From a virus: DNA of 64,000 bases. A program made the translations under genes and the position numbers. The stretch lies in IMG/VR virus record IMGVR_UViG_3300031965_000004, positions 30,430 to 94,429 of that record; one strand, 5' to 3'. Shown here piece by piece: positions 9,047 through 19,144 of this stretch. The notes under the pieces were generated by a model. It saw nothing but the letters and a program-made list of their open reading frames with translations. It did not search any database and was not told the DNA's origin. Numbering within the stretch: position 1 is the stretch's first letter; the number at the start of each line of letters is the position of its first letter.

Positions 9047-9661
9047 GTGGCTTATTTGGGCGCAAACGAACTGCACGATCTCATGACGCGCCCGGGAGCC
9101 GGGCACGCGGCCGGTATGACAGCTCCTCGCGTCGAGCGCATTCAGATCCCCGAGGGACACGCGGGGACCGTCGTGACGCTCCAGGTCATGCAAGACGCGG
9201 TCGGTGGCGGCGAGGGCGCGCACAACACCGAAGTCCGCCACCTCGCCATGAAGATCGTTGAGGGGTTGCCGCCCAAAGCCTACGAGCGCGAGGTCCGCGC
9301 GATCTACGACTTCATGCGAGAGCACGTCCGCTACACGCTGGACCCGCGCGGGCTCGAGTGGGTCCAAACGCCCTGGTATACGCTTCTCGTGGCCGGAATG
9401 GGCGATTGTGATGACCACGCGGTCGCAATCGTCGCGCTTGCGATTTCGCTGGGCCACGGGGCCGGATTCCGAACGGTCAAAGGCGATCCGTCCCGCCCGG
9501 ACGAGTGGTCGCACGTCTACCCCATAGTAGGGATTCGAGAGCGCGGCATTCCGCGCTGGATCCCGATTGACACCACCGAGGTGAGCAATCCTCGGTTCGG
9601 GCAGGACCCGCCGGGTGCTGACCGTGTTCCGCAAAAGAACTGGGTAATCGCCCCGGCGTAA
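9047..9661 (+). CDS. transglutaminase-like cysteine protease (putative maturation protease)
   Basis: VRYTLDP, GDCDDHA (Cys), SHVYP (His), PIDTT (Asp); AGGAG RBS. Confidence 0.8.
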   Translation: MAYLGANELHDLMTRPGAGHAAGMTAPRVERIQIPEGHAGTVVTLQVMQDAVGGGEGAHNTEVRHLAMKIVEGLPPKAYEREVRAIYDFMREHVRYTLDPRGLEWVQTPWYTLLVAGMGDCDDHAVAIVALAISLGHGAGFRTVKGDPSRPDEWSHVYPIVGIRERGIPRWIPIDTTEVSNPRFGQDPPGADRVPQKNWVIAPA

Positions 9662-9670
9662 GGATTCAGT

Positions 9671-11458
9671 ATGTCTAGCCTGAGTTTTGAGCAAAGCATG
9701 ATGGCCCTCGGCGGGCGTATGCAGAACGTGTTCCCGCAGGTCCCCTACGGGCGAGGCATGGGAGACGCCCGGAGCGAATCCTATGGGCGCGCGCGAGAGG
9801 AGTGGAGACGCGCGGTTCCGATCGCGGACGGCTACGTCGTCGAAATCCAGCGCTCGATCAAGGCGTTGCGAGACCGGCGAGACGCCTACCAGAACGCTGC
9901 AATCGCAATGGAGCGTGACCTCGGCCCGGTCGGCGGATACCAGATCCAGCAGGTCGCGGGGCAGATCGTTGGTCTCTCGAGCCAGATCAGCGACATGATC
10001 GACCAGATTGAGCCCGCGTTCAATCGCTTCAACAGCGCGTATCAGGGGTGGCGGTCCATGTCAGGCGACTCGTCTTGGCTCACGGCAGAGCAAGCCAAGG
10101 CGGCCGAAGGTCCCTATCCCGGTAATGGAGGCGACTGGGTCGTCAGCAAATTCGCCGCGATCGCGTCGTTGGCGGCCAACACCAACACGGTCCTGCGCGA
10201 CCTCGAGGCGAACTACCAGGCCCTCCAGAGCCAGGCCCAGCAGGTCAACGAGGCCAAGCAGAAGCAGGCTCGCGAACTCCAGCAGATCGCCGACGATCAG
10301 GCTCGAGCGGCGAAGCAGGCGGCGGAGGACGCACAGGTGCAGGCCGACGCGAGGAACGCTGCTGCCCTGGCGGCGCAGCAAGCGGCGGCAGCGCAAGCCG
10401 ACGCTCAGGCGCGGGTCGAGTTGGCCCGGATCCAGGCGCAGCAAGCTGCTAGCGCCGGCGAAGCGGAGCGAGCGCAAGCCGACCGGAACATTCAGCTCCA
10501 GATCGAGCAGCAGCGCCTCGCGCAGGAGGCCGCGCTTCAGGAGACGTTGTTCGCGCTCAAGCAGCAGGAGGCGCAGCGGGCCTACGAGCGCGAGGAGCGC
10601 AGTTCCGAGCGCCAGGAGGAGCGCGACCAGCTCGCCTTGATCCTGCAACTCATGGACAAGGGCCTGATCCAGCCGGGACAGGTTGAGCTCGAGGGCATTG
10701 GGCCGCTCGGCGCCCCTCAGGCGCAAGGCGCGAACTACCAGGGCGCCGCGAACTACCAGGGTGGGCCGGTCCCGCTCGGATACCAGTTGATCGACGAAAT
10801 GACGGGCCAGCCTGTCCAGCAGGGCTACCCTGGGGGCCAAGTCTACCCGGGCTACCCGGCTCCGATGCAGTCCTACGGCTACCCGGGCACGCCAACCTAC
10901 GGGCCCCCGCCCGTCGTCGCTCCCGCCCCGCAGCAGCAGCAGCAGGCCCCGCAGCAGCAGGGCGGGATCCCCGGGATCGAATTCGGCCCGCTCGACGTGG
11001 GCCGCGAGTTGTTCGGCATGGGCGGCATGGGGGACGGCGAAGCTGTCTCCTTGCCCGCAGGCGCGAAGGTCGCGCCTGGCTACCTCATGTCGCCAACCGG
11101 CACGGGCAACTGGACGGTCACAGCGCCAGACGGGCGACAGTTCTACACCAGCAACGCCCAAGTCACGCAGCCTGGATCGGTCCAACTCCTCGACCCGCCG
11201 GCCGGCGTGATCTTCTACAGCAAGCCCGACGAACCGTCCATGTGGGACTCGATCGCCAAGGGCCTCAACACGATCACCCCGTTTGGGGTGAAGGCCGCCG
11301 ATTCCTACCTGCGCGCCGAGCGAGGCGAGTCCCTCCTCTCGCCTCAGCAACCACAAGGTGGCGGTGGGATCAGCGGCACCACGCTCGCGATCGGCGGGGC
11401 CGTGCTCCTGGGGATCGCGGGCGCCGTCGTCTTTGCCACCCGCAAGAAGGGGGACTAG
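9671..11458 (+). CDS. putative membrane-anchored virion protein (coiled coil, GMG motifs)
   Basis: GRGMGD and GMGGMGD; long Q/A coiled coil; C-terminal TM followed by RKK. Confidence 0.75.
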   Translation: MSSLSFEQSMMALGGRMQNVFPQVPYGRGMGDARSESYGRAREEWRRAVPIADGYVVEIQRSIKALRDRRDAYQNAAIAMERDLGPVGGYQIQQVAGQIVGLSSQISDMIDQIEPAFNRFNSAYQGWRSMSGDSSWLTAEQAKAAEGPYPGNGGDWVVSKFAAIASLAANTNTVLRDLEANYQALQSQAQQVNEAKQKQARELQQIADDQARAAKQAAEDAQVQADARNAAALAAQQAAAAQADAQARVELARIQAQQAASAGEAERAQADRNIQLQIEQQRLAQEAALQETLFALKQQEAQRAYEREERSSERQEERDQLALILQLMDKGLIQPGQVELEGIGPLGAPQAQGANYQGAANYQGGPVPLGYQLIDEMTGQPVQQGYPGGQVYPGYPAPMQSYGYPGTPTYGPPPVVAPAPQQQQQAPQQQGGIPGIEFGPLDVGRELFGMGGMGDGEAVSLPAGAKVAPGYLMSPTGTGNWTVTAPDGRQFYTSNAQVTQPGSVQLLDPPAGVIFYSKPDEPSMWDSIAKGLNTITPFGVKAADSYLRAERGESLLSPQQPQGGGGISGTTLAIGGAVLLGIAGAVVFATRKKGD

Positions 11459-11460
11459 CC

Positions 11461-11736
11461 ATGTCGTCCTATGGAATCGGCGCGTTGACCGCTGCGGGCG
11501 CAGAGGTTGATTCCACGCCAGGGCGAGAAGATCTTCTCGCGCAAATGCCGGGGTTCGGTCCGTTGCCGTCAGACGTCTACAGCGCGAGTAGCCACGCTGA
11601 CCAGTCCGCGTTGGAGCTCCTCAGCTCCGTTGGCCAGGCTCGTGCAGCCAGGACAAGCAAGGTCGGCGCGGTCGTGGCGGCGGCGGCGGTCGTGGCGGCG
11701 GTCGCTTGGTTCTTCGGACGCAAGAAGCGGAGGTAG
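11461..11736 (+). CDS. small C-terminally anchored membrane protein
   Basis: MSSYGIG...VVAAAAVVAAVAWFFGRKKRR. Confidence 0.7.
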   Translation: MSSYGIGALTAAGAEVDSTPGREDLLAQMPGFGPLPSDVYSASSHADQSALELLSSVGQARAARTSKVGAVVAAAAVVAAVAWFFGRKKRR

Positions 11737-11738
11737 TC

Positions 11739-11903
11739 ATGCTTCAGCCCATGTATGGATCGCCTGGCGGTTACGCCGGGATCAACGGCTGCGGCTGCGG
11801 CATGCGCGGCCTCGGCGCCACTGAGGGAGGTGTCAAGCCGGTCTTGGTCGTCGCCGGCCTCGCGCTCGCGCTCTGGCTGTTCCTCCCCAAGGGCGGTCGG
11901 TGA
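11739..11903 (+). CDS. small C-terminally anchored membrane protein
   Basis: GCGCGMRGLG followed by a TM segment. Confidence 0.65.
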   Translation: MLQPMYGSPGGYAGINGCGCGMRGLGATEGGVKPVLVVAGLALALWLFLPKGGR

Positions 11904-12463
11904 GCTACGTTTACACGGGGCAGGCGGGGCTAGGCGGAGAGGCCGCCGACGCCTTTCTCTCCTTCTTTGGCGTTGGCAACGAGACGGAAGCGGAGCGGCT
12001 CGCACGAGAGAGCGCGAGCGCTCCGCCGTCAACGAAGGCCCAAGAGACCACGTCCAACGCGGAGGCGATTGCGTCGCTGCAAGCGCAACGGACTACCGCG
12101 CTCGAGTTGGCGCTTGCGTTTCCCCAGCAGACGCACTATGCCGAGCGCGCCAAACAACTCGAGAGCCAGATCATTGCCCTCGGAGGTTGGCCGGCCGCGC
12201 CCCCCACGCAAATGGCCTCGCGCCCCTCTCAAGCGGTCACCGTCCAGCAGCCGGACAAGCCGAGCGCCCTGACCGCCATGTTCGCCGCGAGCCAAGAAGC
12301 TCGAGCGGCGCGTCAGCGTGCCGACCCGGGCTCCATGATGTCGTTGCTCGGACCCATGAACGTCACGGGGGCGTGGAGCACCACCGCCAAGGTCGGGGTC
12401 GGCGTGGCGGGTGTCGCCGCGCTCTCGCTCGGTCTCTACCTCGCGCTGAGGCCGAAGTCATGA
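11900..12463 (+). CDS. C-terminally anchored membrane protein
   Basis: MSYVYTGQAGLG...TM-RPKS. Confidence 0.7.
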   Translation: MSYVYTGQAGLGGEAADAFLSFFGVGNETEAERLARESASAPPSTKAQETTSNAEAIASLQAQRTTALELALAFPQQTHYAERAKQLESQIIALGGWPAAPPTQMASRPSQAVTVQQPDKPSALTAMFAASQEARAARQRADPGSMMSLLGPMNVTGAWSTTAKVGVGVAGVAALSLGLYLALRPKS

Positions 12464-12810
12464 GCTACGTCTACACGGGAATGGGGGAGGGGGAGGCCGG
12501 CGGCGGGGACTTCTTCGGCGGGATCATTGGCGGGATCGGCAAGATCATTGAGCCGCTCGCCATAGGCGGGGTCATGGCCTACCAGACCTACGCCGACGAT
12601 CGCGGCCAGACGCGCGACCTCAAGGCCCAGCGGGCCATGGCCGCGCAGGTCGCTGAGATCCGTCAGCGGGAGGCCGGGCTGTCAGCGGAGCTGGCGACGG
12701 CGCTGGCGCCCATGCGTCAGGAGCGCTTCAAGTTGATCGCCGGCGGCGCCGCGTTGCTGGGGGCGATCGGACTCGCGGGGTTCTTCGTGCTGAAGGTGAA
12801 GAAGAGGTGA
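12460..12810 (+). CDS. C-terminally anchored membrane protein
   Basis: MSYVYTGMG...TM-KVKKR; ATGA overlap. Confidence 0.7.
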   Translation: MSYVYTGMGEGEAGGGDFFGGIIGGIGKIIEPLAIGGVMAYQTYADDRGQTRDLKAQRAMAAQVAEIRQREAGLSAELATALAPMRQERFKLIAGGAALLGAIGLAGFFVLKVKKR

Positions 12811-13106
12811 GCGTTGATCGAAACTGGCTCGCAAACGTCCGCCTCGCCAACCGAACGCAGCTCGGGTTGGCGGGCATGGGCGCCACGGTCTCCGAGCAGA
12901 TCGCTGCCGACTACGAGCGGAGGCGAAACGCCGGGCCAGCTCCTCTTCTCGGCGCACCTGTTCCAGCCCCCACGTCAGGACCTGCCCCAGGGCCTGCCCC
13001 CGTTTCTTTCGTCCAATCGAACCTTCCGCGCTACCTCGCCTACGGCGCGGGAGGCGTGCTCGTGTTGGCCCTGGGCTTCGTCGCCTGGCGCACGTTCAGG
13101 CGGTAG
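12807..13106 (+). CDS. C-terminally anchored membrane protein
   Basis: LGLAGMG...TM-RTFRR. Confidence 0.7.
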   Translation: MSVDRNWLANVRLANRTQLGLAGMGATVSEQIAADYERRRNAGPAPLLGAPVPAPTSGPAPGPAPVSFVQSNLPRYLAYGAGGVLVLALGFVAWRTFRR

Positions 13107-13108
13107 CC

Positions 13109-13537
13109 ATGGGCCTGTTCAGTTATGACGAGCTCTCGCGCGGTCTCGGGAACGCTGAACTAGAGGCGGTCCGGGCGCGGACCGATACCGCCTGTGTCAC
13201 GCCCGGCTCGCCCGAATGCACGGCGGCTCGGGCCGAACTCTCTGTCTGGGAGGTCGAGTTTGCCAAGGCCGGGAAAACGGCGACGTCGGGGCCCGCGCCA
13301 AGCGCAGCTCCGCAACGGTCGTTCGTCGAGCGTTGGGCCGAACTCGAGGCCGCGTTCTTCCCGCCCCTGCCCCCCCAAGGACTGGTCCAGCAGGCGCCGC
13401 CCCCGCCCCCTCCCCCTCCCGCCCCCGCCCCCGAGCCTGCGCAGCCCCAGGTCGTCATCATGCCGGCGGCAGCGGCTGGCGGCGGGATCGCGTTGATCGC
13501 GCTCGCGATCGGCCTCTACGCGGTGCTGAAGAAGTGA
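13109..13537 (+). CDS. C-terminally anchored Pro-rich membrane protein
   Basis: SRGLG...polyPro...TM-KK. Confidence 0.7.
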   Translation: MGLFSYDELSRGLGNAELEAVRARTDTACVTPGSPECTAARAELSVWEVEFAKAGKTATSGPAPSAAPQRSFVERWAELEAAFFPPLPPQGLVQQAPPPPPPPPAPAPEPAQPQVVIMPAAAAGGGIALIALAIGLYAVLKK

Positions 13538-13698
13538 ACGACCCACGACGCATTGACGCCGGCGCTCAGGACGAAGTCCGGATGCACTTGGAGAAGAAGA
13601 AGTCCCGACGAGCCGCATGGTGGGCCCTATCCCTAGTCGGTGTCGCAGCGCTAGGATCGGCGTTGTGGCGCAACTACGTCGCCAGGAGTGACGCATGA
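13534..13698 (+). CDS. small membrane protein
   Basis: GTGA-coupled VNDPRRID...AWWALSLVGVAALGSALW. Confidence 0.5.
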   Translation: MNDPRRIDAGAQDEVRMHLEKKKSRRAAWWALSLVGVAALGSALWRNYVARSDA

Positions 13699-14450
13699 GT
13701 CTGAGCATGAGTGATTTGGGCTTAGGCGAGTCGCTCCGGCTCGGCCCTCAGTTTGCGCCCGTGCCTCAAGGCACACGCCTGCGCGTGATCCAGCGAGGAC
13801 CTCACGGAGCCAGTCTCGCGCCCCGCCCGCCCTACACGCCCGAAGGCGGGTTCCAGTGGTGGAGCGAGCAAGTCGCCCCCGACCCCTGGCAGCCACAACA
13901 GAGCGTGGTGGGGTTCATGGGCCTAGGCGCGGAGGGCACAAAGCCAGAGGCCACTTACGCGGTCAAGCGAGACGTTGAGCGCGAGTCCAAGCGCCTCGCC
14001 GCGGATTCAGTCAACCCTCCGCCACACATGATCCAGCCGCTGATCGCTCAGGCGCAGGGGGTCCTTGGGCTTCTGAACGGTCACCGTGCGTGGTCGTCAG
14101 GCTGGCACTTGGGCTTCTGGGGGCGAAGCAGCCAAGAAGACCGAGCCGACCTCCAGGTCGCCCTTCAGAACCTCACGCGCCGCCAGTCGGATCCCATGAC
14201 CGTGACGAAGCAGCCAATGCAAGACGCGAAGAGAACAGGCGACTTCGCGTGGGGCGAGACGACGGCGCGAGCGGGGACCTTGGCAGAGAAGACGGCTCGA
14301 GTGATCGAAAACGCGGGTGGGGCGGCGAGTTCGATCCTCGACAGCCCCAAAGCGACGGCGGCGGTGGTCGTCCTGCTCGGGCTCGTGGGCCTAGGCGTCC
14401 ACGCCTACGCGTCAGGCAAGGGCTCCGGGCCCACGATTCGGGTCGGGTAG
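13695..14450 (+). CDS. C-terminally anchored membrane protein
   Basis: DLGLG and FMGLG motifs; C-terminal TM. Confidence 0.7.
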   Translation: MSLSMSDLGLGESLRLGPQFAPVPQGTRLRVIQRGPHGASLAPRPPYTPEGGFQWWSEQVAPDPWQPQQSVVGFMGLGAEGTKPEATYAVKRDVERESKRLAADSVNPPPHMIQPLIAQAQGVLGLLNGHRAWSSGWHLGFWGRSSQEDRADLQVALQNLTRRQSDPMTVTKQPMQDAKRTGDFAWGETTARAGTLAEKTARVIENAGGAASSILDSPKATAAVVVLLGLVGLGVHAYASGKGSGPTIRVG

Positions 14451-14455
14451 TCGCC

Positions 14456-15208
14456 GTGAGCTCCTTCACCATGGCTGACTTCGGGCTCGCCGGTCGCGGC
14501 TGGGACGACCCTTGCGGACGCTCCGCTAGCTGCCCCCCGATCGTCATTCAACAGGGGTGCTGTCCTGTCACGGGGCGACCCCTTGGGCAGCCCTGGGGTC
14601 CCGCGGGGTATTCTCGTCCCTCGACGGTGACCCCGGGGCCTGCGCCCTCGGGGATTCAGCCTCCGCCTCACGTCCGCGACCCTCGAGTCCAGCCTCCGCC
14701 CGCGCAGGACCCCAGGGTGCAACCGCCTCCGGTCCTCGACGATCCGCGCGTCCAGCCGCCGCCAATCACGACTCCTCCGCCGGCCGTTGCACTTCCGCAG
14801 CCGCCGGCCGGGGTGCCGGGTAGCGGCGGGATCGCGCTTCCGCGGAGCTTCGTCCCCGCCGGCGGGTTCGTCGCCCCAGGCGCCACGGGTTCGATCCCGT
14901 TCAGCGCTCCGCTCGAGGCCACGTCCACAGCACAAGCGCCTGCGGACCCGAGCCTGCTCGTCTTCAAGGACGCCTGGAAGGACATGCAGACCGCGACGCC
15001 GCCAGGCGGGCTGGACCTCGCCGCGATCCAGAACAGCGGGCGCAAACAGGCAGTCCCAGGCGCCCAGGGCGGCTACATGCCCGCCCAGAGCGGGTCGTTG
15101 AGCGTGGCTGGGCTAGGCAGCCTTGCCGCCCTCACCTCGAGCGGGTTCTTCGACGTGCAGGCCAGGCCGGGGGTCGTGCCCTTCGGGTTCCGCGGGGAGC
15201 GCTTCTAG
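14456..15208 (+). CDS. Pro-rich protein with DPRVQPPP repeats
   Basis: Three DPRVQPPP units; FGLAG and AGLG motifs; start uncertain (GTG 14456 or ATG 14471). Confidence 0.6.
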   Translation: MSSFTMADFGLAGRGWDDPCGRSASCPPIVIQQGCCPVTGRPLGQPWGPAGYSRPSTVTPGPAPSGIQPPPHVRDPRVQPPPAQDPRVQPPPVLDDPRVQPPPITTPPPAVALPQPPAGVPGSGGIALPRSFVPAGGFVAPGATGSIPFSAPLEATSTAQAPADPSLLVFKDAWKDMQTATPPGGLDLAAIQNSGRKQAVPGAQGGYMPAQSGSLSVAGLGSLAALTSSGFFDVQARPGVVPFGFRGERF

Positions 15209-16333
15209 GTGGCCTACGCCCGCGTCAGCAACCCGTTCTTCGCACCGCCGGCCGTGAGCTACGCCAACCCGGGCGTCGACCGGGAGACGTTGCCCCTGTT
15301 CACCGACGTGGGCCCCTACCAGATCCGCTACTTCCGCCTGCCGGGCATGGCAGGGATCGGCTGGGAGGTCGTTCACTTCTTGGGCGGGCCCGTGTTCTGG
15401 CCTGGTGGCAAAGAGGAGATGTGGTCCCCTCCAGGCCAAGGCGGGTCGAGGACGGTCGCCGGCGCCGAGAAGGCCGCTCGAGCGGCGATTGCCGACCTCG
15501 CTCCCCAACCGCGCAAGCGGAGCTGGGAGGTCCGGGTCAACAAGAACCCGGCGCAGAGCGACTTCGAGGTGTTCCTGATCCACAAAATCAGTGACTTGCT
15601 CGAGGGCGTTCGGGACAAGGTGCTTGACGGAGTCCCGTTCTGGGACACGTCGCCTCTGGTCGTTGCGGCGATGAAGGTGATCGACGCGCACGCAGACACG
15701 TTGAATCCGCATGACCCCCACTTGAGGAGCGCTCGGGAGTTCATGGCTCGAGCGTGGCACAACTCGGCTTCTGGCGGCTCGGCGCGTGGCACGGTCTGGG
15801 CGCTCAACCTCGCCGCGAACAACCTCCATCACTACGCGCAGGGCTGGGTCAACGCGACGCGGAGTCTTCGGAACCCGTTCTTCGCGCCACCGGCCGTGAA
15901 CTACACCCAGAACCCGCTCTGCGAGCCCAACCCAGAGGTTCACCGCTACGTCGTGAAGGACAAGTCGGGCCGCCCCGTGGCTCGGCTCCAGGCATACAAC
16001 TTGGACGACGCTCGCCAGCGCGCAGCTTCGCACGGATTCTCTGGGCGCAAGTTCCGGGTCAACCGCGAGGGCGCCAAGGCCAACCCTGGCGGGAAGGTGT
16101 TCTACGTCTACGTCCAGGGCGAGCCGGATCCGATCGGGTCGGTCCAGGCGAAGACGGAGCGCTCAGCTCTGACGCAAGCCCGCAAACGCTTCGGGCGAAG
16201 TGACTTGACCGTCGTCGACGAGGCCGGCGCGCACACCCCCGGACAAATGTTCGCAGCCAGTGCGGACTTGACGGCCGAGGACGAAAAGCGACTCAAGCGA
16301 GAAGCCACCGGCGGCCAGGGGTTCCTTTTCTAA
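15209..16333 (+). CDS. NP-motif-punctuated multidomain protein
   Basis: SNP, ANP, KNP, LNP, RNP, QNP, PNP, ANP; duplicated NPFFAPPAVxY. Confidence 0.7.
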   Translation: MAYARVSNPFFAPPAVSYANPGVDRETLPLFTDVGPYQIRYFRLPGMAGIGWEVVHFLGGPVFWPGGKEEMWSPPGQGGSRTVAGAEKAARAAIADLAPQPRKRSWEVRVNKNPAQSDFEVFLIHKISDLLEGVRDKVLDGVPFWDTSPLVVAAMKVIDAHADTLNPHDPHLRSAREFMARAWHNSASGGSARGTVWALNLAANNLHHYAQGWVNATRSLRNPFFAPPAVNYTQNPLCEPNPEVHRYVVKDKSGRPVARLQAYNLDDARQRAASHGFSGRKFRVNREGAKANPGGKVFYVYVQGEPDPIGSVQAKTERSALTQARKRFGRSDLTVVDEAGAHTPGQMFAASADLTAEDEKRLKREATGGQGFLF

Positions 16334-17691
16334 TGCCGCTCCTCGCCTTCGTCTCCAATCCTCCTCGCCACCCGCGCTCCCGGCGGGCGTCTCCGGTTCG
16401 TCGGGAAAACCCCCTAAAGTTCACAGGGCCAAGCCTGACGTTGATGCCGTTTAACCCCTTCCAGAAGGTTTCGATCGACTTGTTCGGGGCCAGCTTCCAG
16501 CCGGTGGCTGGGAAGCCGGCGCAGAGCAACCCCTACAAGCAGACGGGGGCTTATTGGGAGGTCCCTGAGCGACTCTGGCCGGACAACATGAAGCCGAAAG
16601 ACTTCGACGCCTACGTGCAGACCCGGCACGGGTTGGACGTTCGCGAGCTGGTCGAGGGGCGCTTTAAGGTTCCGGGATACAACACGCCCGACGAGCGGAT
16701 CATTGCCGTCAACGAGAGCCGCGCGTCGCGCGGGCTGCCTATGCTCACGCACGAAGAGTGGCGACGTTGGGTGATCCTCGACGTTGTTGGACAACTCTAC
16801 GAGGAGGAGGAGATCGCGCAGTCGGATCGGCGTTCGCGCAAGGACCCCGAGTTTGCGACGGGTCCTCTCGTCATGCCTCGTGCGCGCACCACCCGGCGAG
16901 AGGGCGGGCCTGGCCGGAGCGCCCCCTCGCGCTCGCGCGTTCCTTCGCGGGCGCCACTTGCCGAGGACCGAGAAGCTCTTGGGCTTGCACGGAAGGAGGC
17001 CGAGCGGGCCGTCGAAGAGGAACGTCGCCTGCGCATTGCTGCCATGCGTGCGGAGCTCGAGCGCAGGCAGGCCGCGCGCGAGGCGGGGATCACGCGCGAG
17101 GGCACGGCCAAGGCGGCTGCCATGCTGCGCGGACTCGTCGCCGCCTACCGCGGCCAACGCGACGAGCTCGCCGAGGCCATAGGAATCAGTGAGCAACGCC
17201 TGACCGACTTTCTCGTCGGGCGCTACGCAATCCCAGGCGTTGTAGTCCAGCGGATTGACGCCCTGGCGAACAAGCACGGGGTCCGGGTTGCAAACCCGGC
17301 CACAATGCCCCGCCAGCGCAACCGTGACCACCGTTGGCGCGAGCCGCCAGAGGAGGAGGAGGTCTCGCTCGACGAAGTCAAGCACCTCCCGGGTTACGCG
17401 AAGGCGCTCAAGCAGTTCAAGCGCTTCCACAAAACGGACCCGCAAGTCGCCCGGATCATTCGCGTCCCTGACGGTCGCAAGAAGACGAGTCTCGCCAACG
17501 GTGGCGTCCACGTCTTCCTTGGGCACAGGGAGCAAACGCCGTATACCGTCCCGTTCGGCTCGAAGAAGGACACTCGCTGGTATCACGACCACCCTGAAGG
17601 TGATCGTCCTTCGATCCTCCTCGACCCCGCGACGGGTCTCGTTATGGACGTGGGCGGGACCTACATGGTCGACGACTGGTTCTATTCGTGA
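16333..17691 (+). CDS. NP-motif-punctuated protein with an internal HTH-like segment
   Basis: SNP, ENP, FNP, SNP, ANP; RDELAEAIGISEQRLTDF resembles an XRE-type HTH. Confidence 0.7.
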   Translation: MPLLAFVSNPPRHPRSRRASPVRRENPLKFTGPSLTLMPFNPFQKVSIDLFGASFQPVAGKPAQSNPYKQTGAYWEVPERLWPDNMKPKDFDAYVQTRHGLDVRELVEGRFKVPGYNTPDERIIAVNESRASRGLPMLTHEEWRRWVILDVVGQLYEEEEIAQSDRRSRKDPEFATGPLVMPRARTTRREGGPGRSAPSRSRVPSRAPLAEDREALGLARKEAERAVEEERRLRIAAMRAELERRQAAREAGITREGTAKAAAMLRGLVAAYRGQRDELAEAIGISEQRLTDFLVGRYAIPGVVVQRIDALANKHGVRVANPATMPRQRNRDHRWREPPEEEEVSLDEVKHLPGYAKALKQFKRFHKTDPQVARIIRVPDGRKKTSLANGGVHVFLGHREQTPYTVPFGSKKDTRWYHDHPEGDRPSILLDPATGLVMDVGGTYMVDDWFYS

Positions 17692-17709
17692 GCAGCCAGA
17701 TAGGGTCTG

Positions 17710-17737
17710 GCGCTACCCCCGCCTCGACGTGTAGGTT
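17710..17737 (+). promoter_or_regulatory. putative virus-specific promoter GCGCTAC-N15-TAGGTT
   Basis: Intergenic, upstream of the core and capsid genes. Confidence 0.6.
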
Positions 17738-17788
17738 TTCTCTAGGGGGGGTTCCCCTCCTGCTTGCACCTCTCGACTGAGGGTCGGA

Positions 17789-19144
17789 ATGCTCGAATTC
17801 GTAGTGCTCAACCCCCTCGGGGCGAAGGCCGGATCAAGAAAGAGGGGCTCAATGGCCACCAAGAAGAAGCGCCGGCCGACCCGCCGGGTTGTCAAGAAGA
17901 AGGCGACTCGTCGCCCCGCCGCCAAGAAGAAGACCGTCCGTCGCAAGAAGGCGACCCGGCGTCCGGCCGCCAAGAAGAAGACCGTCCGTCGCAAGAAGGC
18001 GACCCGGCGTCCGGCTGCCAAGAAGAAGACCGCCCGGCGGCGCAACCCGGTCGCCAAGAGGATCAAGGCCGGGATCGCTTCCGGCTGGCGCCCGACAGCA
18101 GCGCAGCGCCGGGCCATCGCCCGCGCCAAGGCCACCCGTAAGGCGAAGCGCACGACGGCCCAGCGGCGCGCGTCTGCGCTGAAGGTGAGCTACTCCAAGC
18201 AGAGTCCCTCGCGCGAGAAGAAGTGGAATGCATACAGCGCAGCGGCCCGGGGTGCTGGCAAGAAGCCGGTGCGGAAGTCGTCTGTCAAGCTGCTCGCAGG
18301 CTACCCCATGAGCAAGGCGCGCCGGGCGAAATACATTCGCGAGGGCAAGCTGTCCTCGCGGGGGCATGCGAACCCGCCCAAGCGCCGCAAGAAGGCTCGT
18401 CGGAAGAACCCGAGCATTCAGAGCGCGTTCCGCCAGCTCGGTCAGGCGAACTTCTGGATCTCAGGCGGTCAGGCCGTCGCCGGTATCAGCGCCGTCGTCG
18501 TCCTGCCTTCGGTGATCGAGCAAGTCGCGGCCAAGCTGGGCGCCGGTGCCTACGTCCGCAACTCCGGTGGCATGGGCGTGGCTCTGGCCGCGGTCTCGAC
18601 TGCCCTGGCCATGTTCGGCGCGCAAGCCGTCGAGAACATGGCGATCAAGCGTGGGATCGCGCCCAAGGCGTTCAACGGTCTGTCGACTCGCGTCGCTCTC
18701 GGTGGCGTGATCGTGACCGTGCTCAAGGGGCTCGAGGTCTTCGCGCGCGGCTTCCACAGCCGCCTCAATCTGCCGACCGTCCCGGCCCCGTTCATTCGGG
18801 TCCCGGGGATCTCGGCAGCGCCCGCGCCAGCTCCGAGCAACGCTGTGTCCGATTGGGTGCAGCTCAAGGGCATGGGCGACTGGATGCAACTCCAGGGCAT
18901 GGGCCTCGGCGGCATGAGCGGCATGAGCGGCATGAGCGGCGTCGAAATGCCCGACCAACTGGTCCTGGGCGAGTCCTTCGCTCGCTCGGTGTCTCAGTTC
19001 GACGGAATCGGTGACTACCGGATCCCCATGAACTCGATCCGCGGCATGGGCGACTATGTCGGCACGGCCCAGCAAGCCGGTGGAGCGCTCACCATGAGCG
19101 CTCCGCAGCAGAATTGGGAGCCCTCTCCCCTCGAGACGTTCTAG
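17789..19144 (+). CDS. putative DNA-condensing core / membrane precursor protein (histone-H1-like K/R repeats)
   Basis: KKATRRPAAKKKT x3 (48-bp tandem repeats), four NP motifs, hydrophobic helices, many GMG/GIG motifs; directly upstream of the capsid candidate. Confidence 0.7.
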   Translation: MLEFVVLNPLGAKAGSRKRGSMATKKKRRPTRRVVKKKATRRPAAKKKTVRRKKATRRPAAKKKTVRRKKATRRPAAKKKTARRRNPVAKRIKAGIASGWRPTAAQRRAIARAKATRKAKRTTAQRRASALKVSYSKQSPSREKKWNAYSAAARGAGKKPVRKSSVKLLAGYPMSKARRAKYIREGKLSSRGHANPPKRRKKARRKNPSIQSAFRQLGQANFWISGGQAVAGISAVVVLPSVIEQVAAKLGAGAYVRNSGGMGVALAAVSTALAMFGAQAVENMAIKRGIAPKAFNGLSTRVALGGVIVTVLKGLEVFARGFHSRLNLPTVPAPFIRVPGISAAPAPAPSNAVSDWVQLKGMGDWMQLQGMGLGGMSGMSGMSGVEMPDQLVLGESFARSVSQFDGIGDYRIPMNSIRGMGDYVGTAQQAGGALTMSAPQQNWEPSPLETF

